In this document: positions 14,233 to 26,330 of the stretch, piece by piece | Layout of the letters: every line of letters starts with the position of its first letter | Numbering within the stretch: position 1 is the first letter of the stretch | DNA from: Phoronis australis | Lineage: Eukaryota > Animalia > Phoronida | Assembly (NCBI GenBank): GCA_002633005.1 | Contig: NMRA01000112.1 | Coordinates: 1-64,000, forward strand | Direction: 5' to 3' | DNA length: 64,000 bases | The notes under the pieces: model-generated | Databases searched by the model: none | Seen by the model: only the letters and a program-made list of their open reading frames with translations | What the model was told of the DNA's origin: nothing | Program-made: the position numbers and the translations under genes

Positions 14233-17200
14233 AAACAAGAGCAAATCGGATCGTTGAAATGCGCCCACGAATGCATCGCAAATTGTGTGCTTTTAGTGTT
14301 ATTTACTTGTATCATAAAAATGGCCACTAGATGGCGCAAAAACGTACAACCCATCCAAAAACGGGAACATGCCATACTTCATAAAAATTTGTCAAGCAAC
14401 TTCAGAGAAACAAAGGAAAACAGAATAACATGAAATTGCCACTTGTGGGCACAGTGTTCGTTGGATTAGCCTGAAAGTCGTCGTCTGTTGTTATCTTCTT
14501 ATAAATACACTTACTAAATTTAATAAAGATCCTGAAGTGGGTTTAGGAGATATAGCTATGGGCGCAAAATAAAACATAACTACCACTAGGAGGCGCCACA
14601 CTAGTCAGTTGACATCATCAAACGTCCTCCTCGCACTGAAAACATATACGCCAATTTTCAAAACTATCCCTAGAATGATTTCGTTGATAGAGGAGTGGAC
14701 GCCAAAACAAGATTTGAAAACAGCAAAAATGGCCACTAGGTCGTGCAAAATACCTCAATTCCACCCAAAAACATAGATGCCTATATTCACAACTTTTTGA
14801 AAATCTGTTGAGGACCTTTGAAGGTAGACTGGTAAACTAAAATTGCCACTAGGGGGCACACCAGTAGTCAGATCCGTCCGAAAGTCGTCGTCGTCCGTTG
14901 TCAACATCATACACTCGCTAGATTAAGTAAAGATCCTGCAAACGGTTTAGGAGATACAGTCATGAGCGCAAAAAAAACAAAAGTGCCTGGGTCTATCATC
15001 GTTAATTTGGATTTTTTTTGCGTTGGAACAGCACCGTGGCAGAACTTGTTGAAATAGTACATGAGATTCATTTACATATTGAGGTGGGCGAGAGTGTCNA
15101 AACTAAAATTGCCACTAGGGGGCACACCAGTAGTCAGATCCGTCCGAAAGTCGTCGTCGTCCGTTGTCAACATCATACACTCGCTAGATTAAGTAAAGAT
15201 CCTGCAAACGGTTTAGGAGATACAGTCATGAGCGCAAAAAAAACAAAAGTGCCTGGGTCTATCATCCTTAATTTGGATTTTTTTTGCGTTGGAACAGCAC
15301 CGTGGCAGAACTTGTTGAAATAGTACATGAGATTCATTTACATATTGAGGTGGGCGAGAGTGTCAGGTCCATTTTTTCTAGATATAGCTTCCGCTTTCGA
15401 CTGTGTCCCTAACGACCTTCTACTTCACAAACTTCGATCCTATGAGATTACTGGTAATCTTTTAAACATGATCACCTCATATCTCTCCGAAAGAACATAC
15501 AGTGTTCGTGTCGACGGCGTACTTTCAACTTTATCCCCTCCTGGATTTGTAAACGCAGGTGTACCGCAGGGTAGCATATTGGGCCCTCTTCTCTTCTTGG
15601 TTTATATTAATGACCTTCCTGATAACCTGTCATGTAGCACATACCTTTATGCAAATGACACGGCGCTTTTTTACCACTTCGCAGTGAGCAGCCCTGAATG
15701 TTCTTTGCAGCTTGAACACGACTTAAATAAACTCAGCTATTGGTCACAAGAATGGAGAATAAATTTTAAACCAGAAAAAAGCGTTGACCTCACCTTCTCC
15801 AAATCTATTAATGCTCTCTTCCTTGTTGACCCGTATAAATGACCTTAAACTAAATGACGAAATCATTCCTAGAAAACAGTCGCACAGACATCTGGGTGTA
15901 CTGTTAGAAGAAAAACTCTCATTCACCCCTCACGTTCGGGAGCTCGTACAAAAAACTCAGGAAATAATTAACTCACTTAAGCTTGTCTCTCGTCATCTGA
16001 ATTCTACACATTTAGAAGTTTTGTTCAAGTCCTTTGTACTTCCACACATTGATTATTGTGATATTATATATCAGTCTGCCAATACGGGTGCACTCCAACA
16101 TTTGGAGAAGTTACAATATCAAGCTGCCTTACTCATAACCGGAGCTTACAGGGGATCCAATAGTGTTAAGGTTTTTAATAGTCTCAAGTGGCCCAAACTG
16201 TCTACTCGACGCAATCTTGACATGACCACATTTACTTTCAAGGTAATAAACAATGTCAACAACGTTTCTGTCAAAAAAAAATTGATCTATACACTAGACA
16301 AGGCCATCGTAGTGATTTGAGATCCTCCACCCCATGTGCAATTCCTCCGTCGTTCAGTCAAGCATTCACAAGGTCTACAGTCATGATGTGCATCAACAAC
16401 TGGAATTCTCTTCCAGTCTCTGTTAAGGAAAGCAACTCTTTTACGAGTATAAAAAATAATTTTAGGGCTGTTTTTCATAATTTTGATAACTCAACACCCT
16501 CGACTCAACTCTCCCTTCCCTGCGATAACGAAATAGCATTGTACAGATCAAGATGTGGCCTTTTCCTCAACTCTGACAAGTTCAGGCACAACTTTAGAAA
16601 TGTTTCTCTAAACTGTAAATGTGGTGACCATCAATCTTATCCTCATATTTTCTTGAAATGTCCCCTCATCGAATACCTGAGAGACTCACTCTTTCGTGCA
16701 CTCAATGAAAACCAATCAATTGTTAACGCTCTCCATTCTTGTAATAATATCCCTACTAGAGTTACATTATGAATTCCTCCTAAGCAACGTTATTAAATTT
16801 TTATGTACCGTTTATCAATATTGTTGCATCTGATTTCCATACATGAATTTGTACATATTTTTGTTTTTATATATTTGTAATAGCATATCTAAGTATTATA
16901 CTTACATTAGATACTACTTAATTGTATATTCCTCTATGTATATTAGTTTCATTTAGGAATTGTTTACAACCCAGATATAATGCTTCGCGGTTTCTGGGTT
17001 TGTTATCATTTCTTCGTATGGTCTGTGTATTCTTCAATACATATATATCACTTTAAGAAAAAAACAAAAGTGCCACTAGGAGGCCCCACAGTAGTCAAAG
17101 TCGTCGGAAAATCATCGTCAGCCGTCCACTTTATAGTAAAAACATACATGCCAATTTTCACAATTATCCTGAATGCGGTTTCGTTGATAGATGACCGGAT

Positions 17201-17985
17201 GCCAAAAACAGACTCGAAAACAGTAAAAATGGCCACTAGATGGCGCAAACTAGGTCGAATCCATCTGAAATCGGAGAGATAGCGTCACTTAATTACCAGA
17301 TGCGTGTATGCCAAATTTTATGAAAATACGTTGAGGAAGTTTAAACACACAGAGGTAAACGTAAAAAAATAAAATTGCCAGTAGGTGGCACACCAGTAGT
17401 CAGATCTGTCCGAAAGCGTTGTCTTCCGTCGTCAATATCACATAAATACACTTCCTGAATTTATTAAAGATCCTGCGAACAGTTTAGGACATGCAGCCAT
17501 AGACGCACTGCCACTAGGAGGCGCCATAGTAGTCGAAGTCGTCGGAAAATCATCGTCATACATGCCAATTTTCACAATCATTCTTTGAGCGGTTTGGTTG
17601 ATAGAGGGGTGGACGCAAAAACTCGAAGACACCAAAACATGGCCACTAGGTGGCGCAAACTACGTCGAATCCATTTGAAAGCGGAAGGTTAGGCTCATCT
17701 GACTAATAGGTGCCTATGTACCAATTTTTATGAAAATCCATTCAGGACTTTTGAAGTTACAGAGGTAAACGTAAAAAACTAAAATTGCCACTAGGGGTCA
17801 CACCAATAGTCGGATCCGCCTGAAAGTTCGCTCATGCCGTCCCATCCACGGAAGAAACATATGTGCAAAACTTCCTGAACATACGTCCAGGCGTTTTGGA
17901 GCGGACGTCGGACGCCGGACTCCGAACGGATGGACGGAGATGACGGCATAATGAGTCCACATATAAATACCTTTGCGCATAAAAA
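14233..17985 (-). mobile_element. Non-autonomous Helentron/DINE-1-like (HINE) element with ~410-bp higher-order repeat of three ~130-150 bp subunits; interrupted by a LINE
   Basis: One end is AAACAAGAG (CTTGTTT on minus). The other end has a GGAC/GGAT microsatellite-like tract and ...GCATAAAAA. It is inserted in an A/T run of the host unit without a TSD. Subunit A recurs at 14321/14730 and 17230/17640 (period 409-410). Confidence 0.65.
15254..17057 (+). mobile_element. 5'-truncated CR1/L2-group LINE, reverse transcriptase pseudogene
   Basis: RT motifs FLDIASAFDCV, GVPQGSILGPLLFLVYINDL, YANDT (YADD with D>N), HRHLGV, and C-terminal CKC...HIFLKCP. Frameshifted across ORFs 15327-15842, 15784-16320 and 16317-16772. 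17-bp TSD AAAAAAACAAAAGTGCC at 15237-15253 and 17058-17074. Confidence 0.92.
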
Positions 17986-19423
17986 CTATAATCAGGTTCG
18001 AAAGAAGTTAATCCCCTCGGAACAATGAACCCATATGATCTGAATTGAAAACTACAAGTGAGAACAATTGTGGGCGGAAGGTATGAAATTACGAATTCAT
18101 GGCTCCGAAAGTTTACAAGTCGACAAATAAATAACAACAAGTCTGAAAGAATATTAGCTGTTTTACTATCAGTTTGATAGGGCTGTTTTTAGAAACGTTT
18201 TTATTTGCCTGATAGGGTATGTTAAAAAAATCATTCAATGTTACATAACTTGCCTTCAAGCTTGCGAACCTTCGGAGTATCGAGCTCCATCTTATTTATA
18301 CTAATGCACTGTGACTTGCACGCTACTTTAAATTTGCTTCTTCGGTTGTTAATTTTCAGTCTTTCATGCTTCTTCTTCCGTCTTGGTTATCCGTGAGTCG
18401 GATCGTATCGTTGTGGCGTGGGCATGGTAAGTAAATAAACGAAAACGTTCATTAATAAAATTTGCAAACAATCGATAAATCAACTGTTGTTTTCAAATTG
18501 TCATTTGGAAACTAATTCAAAAATCTTTATCCATGCCACGGTAGTAATCGATCACGGGAACCACTGTTCAGCTCCATTTGATCTTGGCATTTGCCGAGGA
18601 ATTCAAATAACACCACTCAGCATGCATTTTGTGACCTTGAACGTCGTTTGGATTTATTCATGCTGTATTTCTTGATATGTTAGGATTGGTGTTAGTATGA
18701 TAGTGCAATTGTTAGTCGGGATTAAAAAGAGTGTTAGCGTCAACGCGCAAGACAAGTAACAAACCATTAGTGAAAGCAAATGGTAATAGATATGATGGAT
18801 GGAGAGCTTTATCTATTCGAAGTACGTGTGCGTCATCGCAACCCAAACACTAATACTTGAGTACAACCCAATTATCTGGACTCCATACATTTGTCACAGG
18901 TGGGTAACTGTAACTGTAAGTGTCAGCCAGACAAAAATGTTATCAATAACGAAAGTTACACACCTCTATCGCCCTTCAAGTATCGGTAAGACAGGATCCC
19001 ATGGTGCACGCCTTCATGTAAGAAGCAACTCCTGGGATTTTTTACCTTTCCGACTCTGGTGTCATTTTGTGTTGGTGGTTCAGCGACATCTTGGCCGTGT
19101 GCACTGCCAGTTGTGGCGAGGTCCTGTATGACCATAGAAAAAACGTCAACATTTCTCTAACTTTGAAGCTTCAAAATCGTGTACATTTCCCCAACTTTGA
19201 AGTATCTCTGAAATAGCTGTCCAGATTTATGTAGAACTTCCAAATCCAAGGACTTAAACACCGTTTACAAAATGAATTCAAAATAAAATCATGATATTTT
19301 AGAACATTAATAGTTTTTTGAGATTACGTCTTGGAACAATTTCATCAAATGAAATTCGACCTTGTTATCGATACCGTTGTTTTGCTATTACTCTGCTTTT
19401 CTTTTCTTTTTCGCTAAATTTTA

Positions 19424-20345
19424 CTTCAGGGAAATATTCTTGTGAGGCAATCATTACGAATATCAGACAAGTAAAAACCGAAATTTCAAATTTTACTTGG
19501 GTTTCTAGTTTCCGATAATATAAACATTTAAGGAGTTAAAATATTTAATTTTGTAAAAAATTTAGATAAAATCGCATACCTTCGAGGACGAATTTAACAT
19601 ACATGAGCCGAGGTGAGTGTATTTCATATTGTGAAGTATACATTGAAAGAAATTTGGCTAGGAAATTGAAAAGATGCCCCAACTAACTTGTAACTGAAGT
19701 GTAAAACATTTTAAATGCTTTTTTCTCATTAAAGTTGAACGGTAATACTCCTTTCAACTCTGTTGTCAGTCGTATTAGTGGTACTGCAGGAACCTTTTGA
19801 TGCACTGTAACCCGTAAGGATGATAAACCTTATATTGATGAAGTCAACCAATCCACTTTCTGTTACCTGCTTTGCATCTTTAGTGTCAGTCTTCCAAAAT
19901 TAAAGCAGGAACCAAGTGAAAAAACTTATACTTCCTATCTCATAAATTGCACGTTGTGGTCCTTAACGGGTGGTCTTTTCCAAAGGTGCTGTGTAACTTG
20001 CTAAAAGCGTAGGTCACGCTTGCCCGTTTAACAGAATTTGTTAGTTTTCAAAATTTCCTCCAGACTTTTGAGTTACAAAGCATTATTTTGTTTCAGAGAA
20101 CTGGATGGGGAAAGTCGTTTTTAGTATGTGTAAGTAAGCCAAAACCAAGTTTGGTATCCTTTTAATGACAAACAAAGCCCAGCTATTTAACAAATGACAA
20201 AGTCGCTCAAATAAAATACAGCAATTATGACTACATGTAAATGTAGTTCACTTCCGAGAAGGAATATAATACAGGCGACCCGAACTGAGAGCCTGTGGTG
20301 TATTTTATATTGACAAGTTCTCCCAGTTATACAATTACCAGCGCA
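19424..20345. mobile_element. Unclassified interspersed repeat inserted in the array; related inverted copy at ~52630-52860
   Basis: Absent from other array units. GCTAAAAGCGTAGGTCACGCTTGCC (~20000) and AACCAAGTTTGGTATCCTTTT (~20143) match the reverse complement of 52794-52818 and ~52637-52658. Confidence 0.55.
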
Positions 20346-23150
20346 ATTTTTGATAGACTGCAGTGAAACCAGTTGTGAAACCGTGTACTTGAATAAAGAT
20401 GTATTCCTAAAGTAGATTTTTCACTTCGCTTTTCCAAATTAAACAAGTAATTGATCAAGTTTTGATGGCTCAAATGAGTACACACATGTAGTCAAAACCA
20501 GGATACTGATTTACAGCTGAACGGCACCATATCTTTGGCCCTGGTGTCATTCGTGTTAGTGGTCCTTCTGCACTTTTGGTACACTGTAACTGCTCGCGAC
20601 GTCAGGTGCCGTGGGTAAATGGTACACTAGTCAGCCAAAGTGCACTAGTTCGACGACTTGCCAAGTCGCTAAAAATTGTACAATAAGGAGTGATCAACCT
20701 TATATGACCTGAATTGAAAACTTCAAATGAGAAAGAATGTGTACAGAGTTTATATGAAATTAAGGTATTCATGGGTCGCAAGGTTTGCAAGTCTAGAAAT
20801 CCATAAATACGAAGACTTATCCAAACAATTACGAAAACCCACCGAAGGTTATAAATTTGAACTTTCATGACACTAGGTTCCGAACAGTGATTTTGAGCAA
20901 AACGTTCAGGGATTTATTTGCACACGGCTGCTTGAAACTAGTTCTTCGATGAGCCTGTGCCTCTCAAAACGAGATCCAAACATGAAGTTGGGCGATTCAC
21001 TGAGTTGCTGTAGTTTTTTACATGTTCGAAGTATGGTTTATCGCCGCCAAAATTTTGCTGCTTGGCTGTCGTTGACTTTGAATCGCTGGTTTCTGGCATC
21101 ATAGACCTTCGGACTAGTTTCGAACTAATTAGTTTTTCTTTCTCTCGGATTTGTGAACCTTCGGCCTTATAATGCCTTTTTATTCATTTGTGGTATTATA
21201 AGAGTTCGAACTTGTGAACCTTTGGAGTATCGAGCTCTACACTATTTACACTAATACAGTACGACACGCAATCAACGTTAGATTACATAAACACTCTGTT
21301 AGATTATCTTCTTAATTTTCGTCTTCCACCTTTCTTCCGTCTTGGTTATCCATGGGTCGCAGCATGTCGTTTATGTATGGGTATGGCGTGCAAATAGACA
21401 AAAACATGCAGTAATGAAATTTACAGACAATCGGCAAATCAACTATTGTTTTCAAGTTGACACTTCGAGATTAATTGAAAAATCTACCAAGGCAGTTATC
21501 GATCACGGGAACCATTGTTCTGATCCATATGTTGGGGATCATCCTGATGTGTTCCCGTTTTATGCATATCGGGATTCTATATACTCGGGAACCCAATGGT
21601 CGTCCGCCTAAGCATAAAACCGGCTTGTTGTCGTACTCACCCAATCATTCCACTTCAAAGTTATGATCTGAATAGGATTTGATTTAACTCTCACAAATAT
21701 ATAGTATTCGTTGATTCAAACGTTTTCTTTTACTTATGCCGAGTTCAACTGTGCATTGCTTTTCGGCAGCCATTTTATAATGACACCTATGGTCGTCATA
21801 TGCTGCCGCCTTTTGAAAGAACAGCAAACCACACAGAAAAAGGCCAAGAAAATAGTGAAAAGTGGTATACAGCAATTCTACTTCAACCACAAACTGGCTT
21901 ACTAGTATGATATCGATTTTTAAATCGATTAAAATTGATTTAGAATTTCAGTTATGGAAAATAAATCACGGCTGAGCCCTGGATTGTTTTATTCCAGATA
22001 TACCTTACTTATTTCTGTTTGTGACCTCTTTATTTGACTTTTTGCTCTTGTTGTACTTAACACCACTTATCTTTGCTGTCTTACTTTTTCTTTTCAGTTT
22101 CTCTTCATACTCTGTTAACACCTTGTCAGCCAGAACAGAACTATAACCCTTTGAGACTTTGTCGGCGCAAGTTGATCATTGAACCTCGATACAATTGTTC
22201 TAATAAATTACATAATATCGTATTGTTTGATTTTTTTCTCACCTTTAACAGGCTTCTGCAATCATAAATAAATAAATAAATACCCAAGTTGCATTTGCAT
22301 TTTATTGCTCAATCTCTTGTTTTATTTTTGGTTATGTCATGCAGTGTTGTGTGTAACAATGCAATATAGTGAAATAAAGTCAATGTTTTACTTTATTGGT
22401 GGCCATTCTCTATCAATTCAAGTATTTTAATTTTCTTCAAATAAATCCAAAATGCCTTAACCAAAATTTTCAACATAAATGTTGAGCTCAGTACTGTGTT
22501 TTGCAATAAAAAACAAGTGGACAATATTTTGATGACCAAGGCGTGGGCCGAAACTGTTAAGCACCCAGCGTGTTCCATTTGTCTGCTGCGTTTTTCCTTT
22601 GGCCTAACAGGCGTCGGTTAGTGCCTGGGACAAATAGATACATTGCATAAACAACCCTTGGGTTGCTTTTTGTTCCGTCTGAAGAAAATTTAATTTCGAA
22701 AATATCTTCTGAAAATGAACAAAAAAGTGCATTATTAAAATCTACAAGTTTTTAAGTGGTCTCAAAAAAACAGTCTGTAAATGCATTAATTTTAGTCTCA
22801 GTTCTTCCATGCGTGTTTTTTCCGAGAGGTTAGTACCTAACGTGCAGTCGAGCACTCCAAATTGGAACGCTAAGTCCCGCGTGGCTGCGCTGCACGCGAA
22901 ACAAGATGGCGGACGACCTTTGGAGCCTGACGACGATAGGTATCCGGACTATATATGTACGTGTCCCGGGTTCGGTATGACCAGTTTTCATTGCATTGGA
23001 CGGAGTTCTATGTGTCCTACCTCCCGTTCAGTAACGCTAGAACCTCGCTAAAAAGCAAGACTTCGCGAGATTACGTGAGATATTGCCGTGTATTTTAAAT
23101 AAGAACACACGTCGTAACTTTGACTAGGTTTTAGCTAGGTTTTAGCGTAG

Positions 23151-23980
23151 TAGTCCGGTCCCTTAGCAGCCAAAAACCCCAAAACATTTACACCCCGGAT
23201 TAAAGCACCAAATTTGGTACACAGATAGTTTGGGACACGCTGAATTTCATGGGGGTCGGTTGCCCGAAATTTGAGGTCAAGGTCAAGGTCAAATCAAGGT
23301 CAAAGGTCATGTGGGTAATTTTTTTGAAATGGCTTCAGACGAAATATCTGTTTCATTACTGTTTCAGGTGATAAACAGGAGGCTTTATTTTTATTTAAAA
23401 TCAATGTTAATAACTTGTACAAATAAGTTAAAAGTAAAAAGGTAATTTTCCAGACACTTAAGATGGTAATTATCCTAATTAATAGAGCATATACATTTTC
23501 AATGAAAAATAAGTCTNTTCAAATACACGCAAGCCGGACAGTTCTCCAGGGGGACAATGGCTACTTTCACACCGAGTTCTATGCGTCAGTGGTCAGTGCT
23601 CGATGAGCCAAGAAAATTAACATACCCATCAAGTTCGCCGTTTGCGACCTCACCGAAATCTCGAAAACTAAGGGCGCATTTTCAAGAAGTGAGCTAGCAT
23701 TAAAAAATTCCAGGGGGCATTGCTTTATCTGACAACGACCAGAATCCAATGCAACTAAGGAGAATGCATAAAAATAACACGTTACTTTATTACTTGTTGA
23801 ACTTATGCCCTAAATCAGGATCGAAAAGCACCTGACAACTGTCATGTGGGCCTAAATGACAAGTGTTGCTGCAACTTGCACACTCGTCCTCTTAGCCACA
23901 GGCACCTTTGATCAGCCCTCTACACTATAGTATATGGTTGAGGGCTACTTAAAGGTGCCTGTGTCTTAGCGTCTGGACTA
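23151..23980. mobile_element. Possible non-autonomous Academ-like element (TAGTCC...GGACTA termini)
   Basis: TAGTCCGG at 23151 and CTGGACTA ending at 23980; flanks gtag/ttag. Spans the N join at 23517. Confidence 0.35.
23897..23963. mobile_element. 67-bp miniature inverted-repeat element with 7-bp TSD
   Basis: TIR CACAGGCACCTTT/AAAGGTGCCTGTG, inner IR AGCCCTC/GAGGGCT, TSD TCTTAGC at 23890-23896 and 23964-23970. Confidence 0.85.
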
Positions 23981-24177
23981 TTAGGCAAAACACCGGGACA
24001 AAAAAAAAACCCGGAACAGATAGGATCCGGAGTCCATAAAACGGGACGCATGTTAGGCCCCTAGTTAGTACAATTTTCAGTCGGGATTAGAAAGAGCGTT
24101 AAATTCAGCAAGTCAAGTAACAAACGTCTAGTTCAAGCTAATGATAATACATTTGATAGATGGATAGATATATCCAT

Positions 24178-24179
<2 letters not shown>

Positions 24180-24215
<36 letters not shown>

Positions 24216-24344
24216 TCTAATAATATCACTTATTGTACATCGTAGGCTTTGCTTACTCATACAGAAATACATAAAGTCAAATGTATATTCAGAGTATTTA
24301 CACGGACAGCAATTCTTCTCTTAAAGCCATAGTCTTCTCAGTGA
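24180..24344 (-). mobile_element. Severely 5'-truncated LINE 3' end with (ATT)n tail
   Basis: (AAT)n run at 24180-24215. Flanking duplication ATATCCATTT at 24170-24179 and 24345-24354. The minus strand reads ...FTEKTMALREELLSV*, then a short 3'UTR. Confidence 0.7.
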
Positions 24345-24505
24345 ATATCCATTTGAATAAATGTGCGTCATCACGACCCGAACACTGATGTATGAGTATA
24401 ACCCAAAGAACAACTACTGAAAAATACAGCCGACACTTAAAACATTTACGTATTACAACTACCTGTACACCAAACAGTTGCCACAGGTGGAGAACTGTAA
24501 CAACA

Positions 24506-25195
24506 ATCAGACAGACAGAAATGTAGTTAATGACAGAAGTTACGCACCTGCATCGTCCTTCATGTATCGGGTAAGACATCATCTCCTCACGGTGCACGCT
24601 TTCAAGGAAATGGCCGCAGTCTGAAACAGCAGGCCGACCCACTCAAAGGGAAACATTCGAGGGTCATGCTATTACTTCCCAGGAGGGGTTATTGCGCTTT
24701 CCAATGAACTACGAGCACACCAAGTAATCGAAATGCAACAACCAGGTAACCACGTCATTACACAATCCAGATCAATAAACTCGCCTTTTAGAGATACTGA
24801 ATACCAAAAGAGTGTTCTCAATGGAAAATCGTGCCACATGTCATCTTGCAGTGAATAAACGGGAGAGATCTTCGAGCCATTGCATATGAATGGAAACTTT
24901 CAAAAACTAAACCGCATGGGGGCTACGACGAAGTTAGATGCAGGTCGTCCGTCAGTCTTGATTCGTGAACAGAAATTTGCCTTAGGGGTCGTGGTCTTTC
25001 AAACGGATAGGTCGGTGTTTTTTGTTTCCTGTCTGTCAACTTTCGATTCAGGAACTCGTATTGCTTTCCACTATCAGGCTCTGCCCGCCCGTGATTAACG
25101 CGAACCCTACCGGTTGTAAATGAGAATATCCATAGCCAAAAGTGATATGTAAAGTTTTGCTATAAATCTGTCTAAATAGTAAAGTAAATTTTTAC
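24506..25195 (+). repeat. Left arm of a long inverted repeat (partner ~34965-36071)
   Basis: Colinear reverse-complement matches, e.g. GCATGGGGGCTACGACGAAGT, CAGTCTTGATTCG, TTTGCCTTAGGG, TTTTTGTTTCCTGTC, TTGCTATAAATCTGTCTAA. Confidence 0.85.
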
Positions 25196-25609
25196 AACTG
25201 TATGCGCGAGTTTTCTATTTAACCTTTTAAAAGAAGTCTTAAAAGCAAAATTAACATCAACAGACGCACGTGCACAACCTGAGAAGCTCATTTATATTGA
25301 GAAGCAAATTGTTGAAGGCACTGTATTCATATGTCTTCACACAGGTCATATGTTGGTCACATCACGTGAAGACGTGTCAAACATGTAAATTGTTTCTGTG
25401 GCACAATTAATTTTCTATGCAATTTACAAAAAAAAAACTATCGAGTTTAACAGTATGTAAAATTTGAGCATTTGTTTCAATACTACATTTGTCCAAAGTT
25501 TCATTACAGAGCACGTGTCGGATCGAGTCTACACAGTCACTTTCTTTGAAAGTTTATCATTGGAGTTCATGGTGATAATTCAAAAACCTAATGTGTTTGT
25601 AGAATGTAT

Positions 25610-26330
25610 CCATTCTAGTAATGACGACGATATTCTTCTATGCCAAAATGTTTCCGGTGTGAAAGTTTTGTGATATGCTGATGATATGGCTTTGTGTACT
25701 TAATCTCCAGTTAAACTGCAAAAACTGCTGTGTGCTTTAAGTAAGTTCTGCCAGGAATGGAGCGTGTCTGTAAGTTATGGTGTTTAGAAACGGAGGTCCC
25801 TTGAGAAATTGCGAGATGTGGTATTTTGGAGGTGAAAAACTCCAAGTGATTTCCATGCCAGCTACAAGTATCTTGGTGTTGTGGTCACGCCAAAGTTATT
25901 GTGGACTATGGCTGCTCAGACCCTGTCAGCCCAAGCCACGGAGGTAGCCATTACAGTCGACAAGATACAAAGAAGCTGGACTATATTTCAACCACGTGTG
26001 TCTTTTGAGACATTTGATAAAATAATTTACCCCAGCTCATGCTATGGAGCCGAAACATGGGGCTTACAAGAATACAAGTGATCTAACTGTACGATAATGG
26101 AAACGATCTACGCTGGCGTTTGCTGCCACGAAATTCCGCAAGTGAAACGCCGTCTTGGAGAAGTACAGATGTGTGTCAAGGACCATATCCTGGTTTTGCA
26201 CCGCATCTAAACAGCGGTGTGTTTACTATTTTATTAGGGCTGAGAAAAAGAACTGGGGAAAACATATTACATACAGACTCAACACCAAACAGAAGTCCCA
26301 CGAACGCGCCAGTCATCACACAGATTACGT
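25610..26330 (+). pseudogene. Decayed LINE reverse transcriptase fragment (L2/RTE-X-like)
   Basis: With stops and frameshifts: YADDMAL...LQKLL.AL.KFCQEW...VMVFRNGG...YKYLGV...YGAETWG. Confidence 0.75.

Larger units (their letters stand above)
21534..24061. mobile_element. Composite insertion bounded by imperfect TIRs, with nested smaller elements
   Basis: Left GGGG...TCCCGTTTTATGCATATCGGGATTCTAT versus right ATAGGATCCGGAGTCCATAAAACGGGA...CCCC. Internal inverted pair CCAATGGTCGTCCGCC (~21592) / GGCGGACGACCTTTGG (~22908). Host array sequence resumes at 24062. Contains an N join. Confidence 0.5.
1519..24600. repeat. Degenerate head-to-tail tandem array of a ~1.8-1.9 kb unit (about 7 full or partial copies), interrupted by transposons
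   Basis: Marker ggtatattagtcagcca-like at 3113, 4994, 9918, 12423, 14190, 20621. Marker tgtgcgtcatcac-like at ~2240, 4177, 9107, 13750, 18826, 24362. Marker ttgtgaacc-like at ~1720, 3575, 8647, 10687, 13126, 21151. The order of blocks is the same in each unit. Confidence 0.85.

Noticed and set aside
14834-15364. Near-perfect 265-bp tandem duplication (14834-15098 / 15100-15364)
   Set aside because: The copies abut exactly at a single N (15099), so this is most likely an unmerged contig overlap. ORF 15018-15323 is a product of it.
14321-17800. Regularly spaced conserved motifs as a CRISPR array
   Set aside because: The intervening sequences are themselves homologous repeats, the context is eukaryotic, and there are no cas genes.
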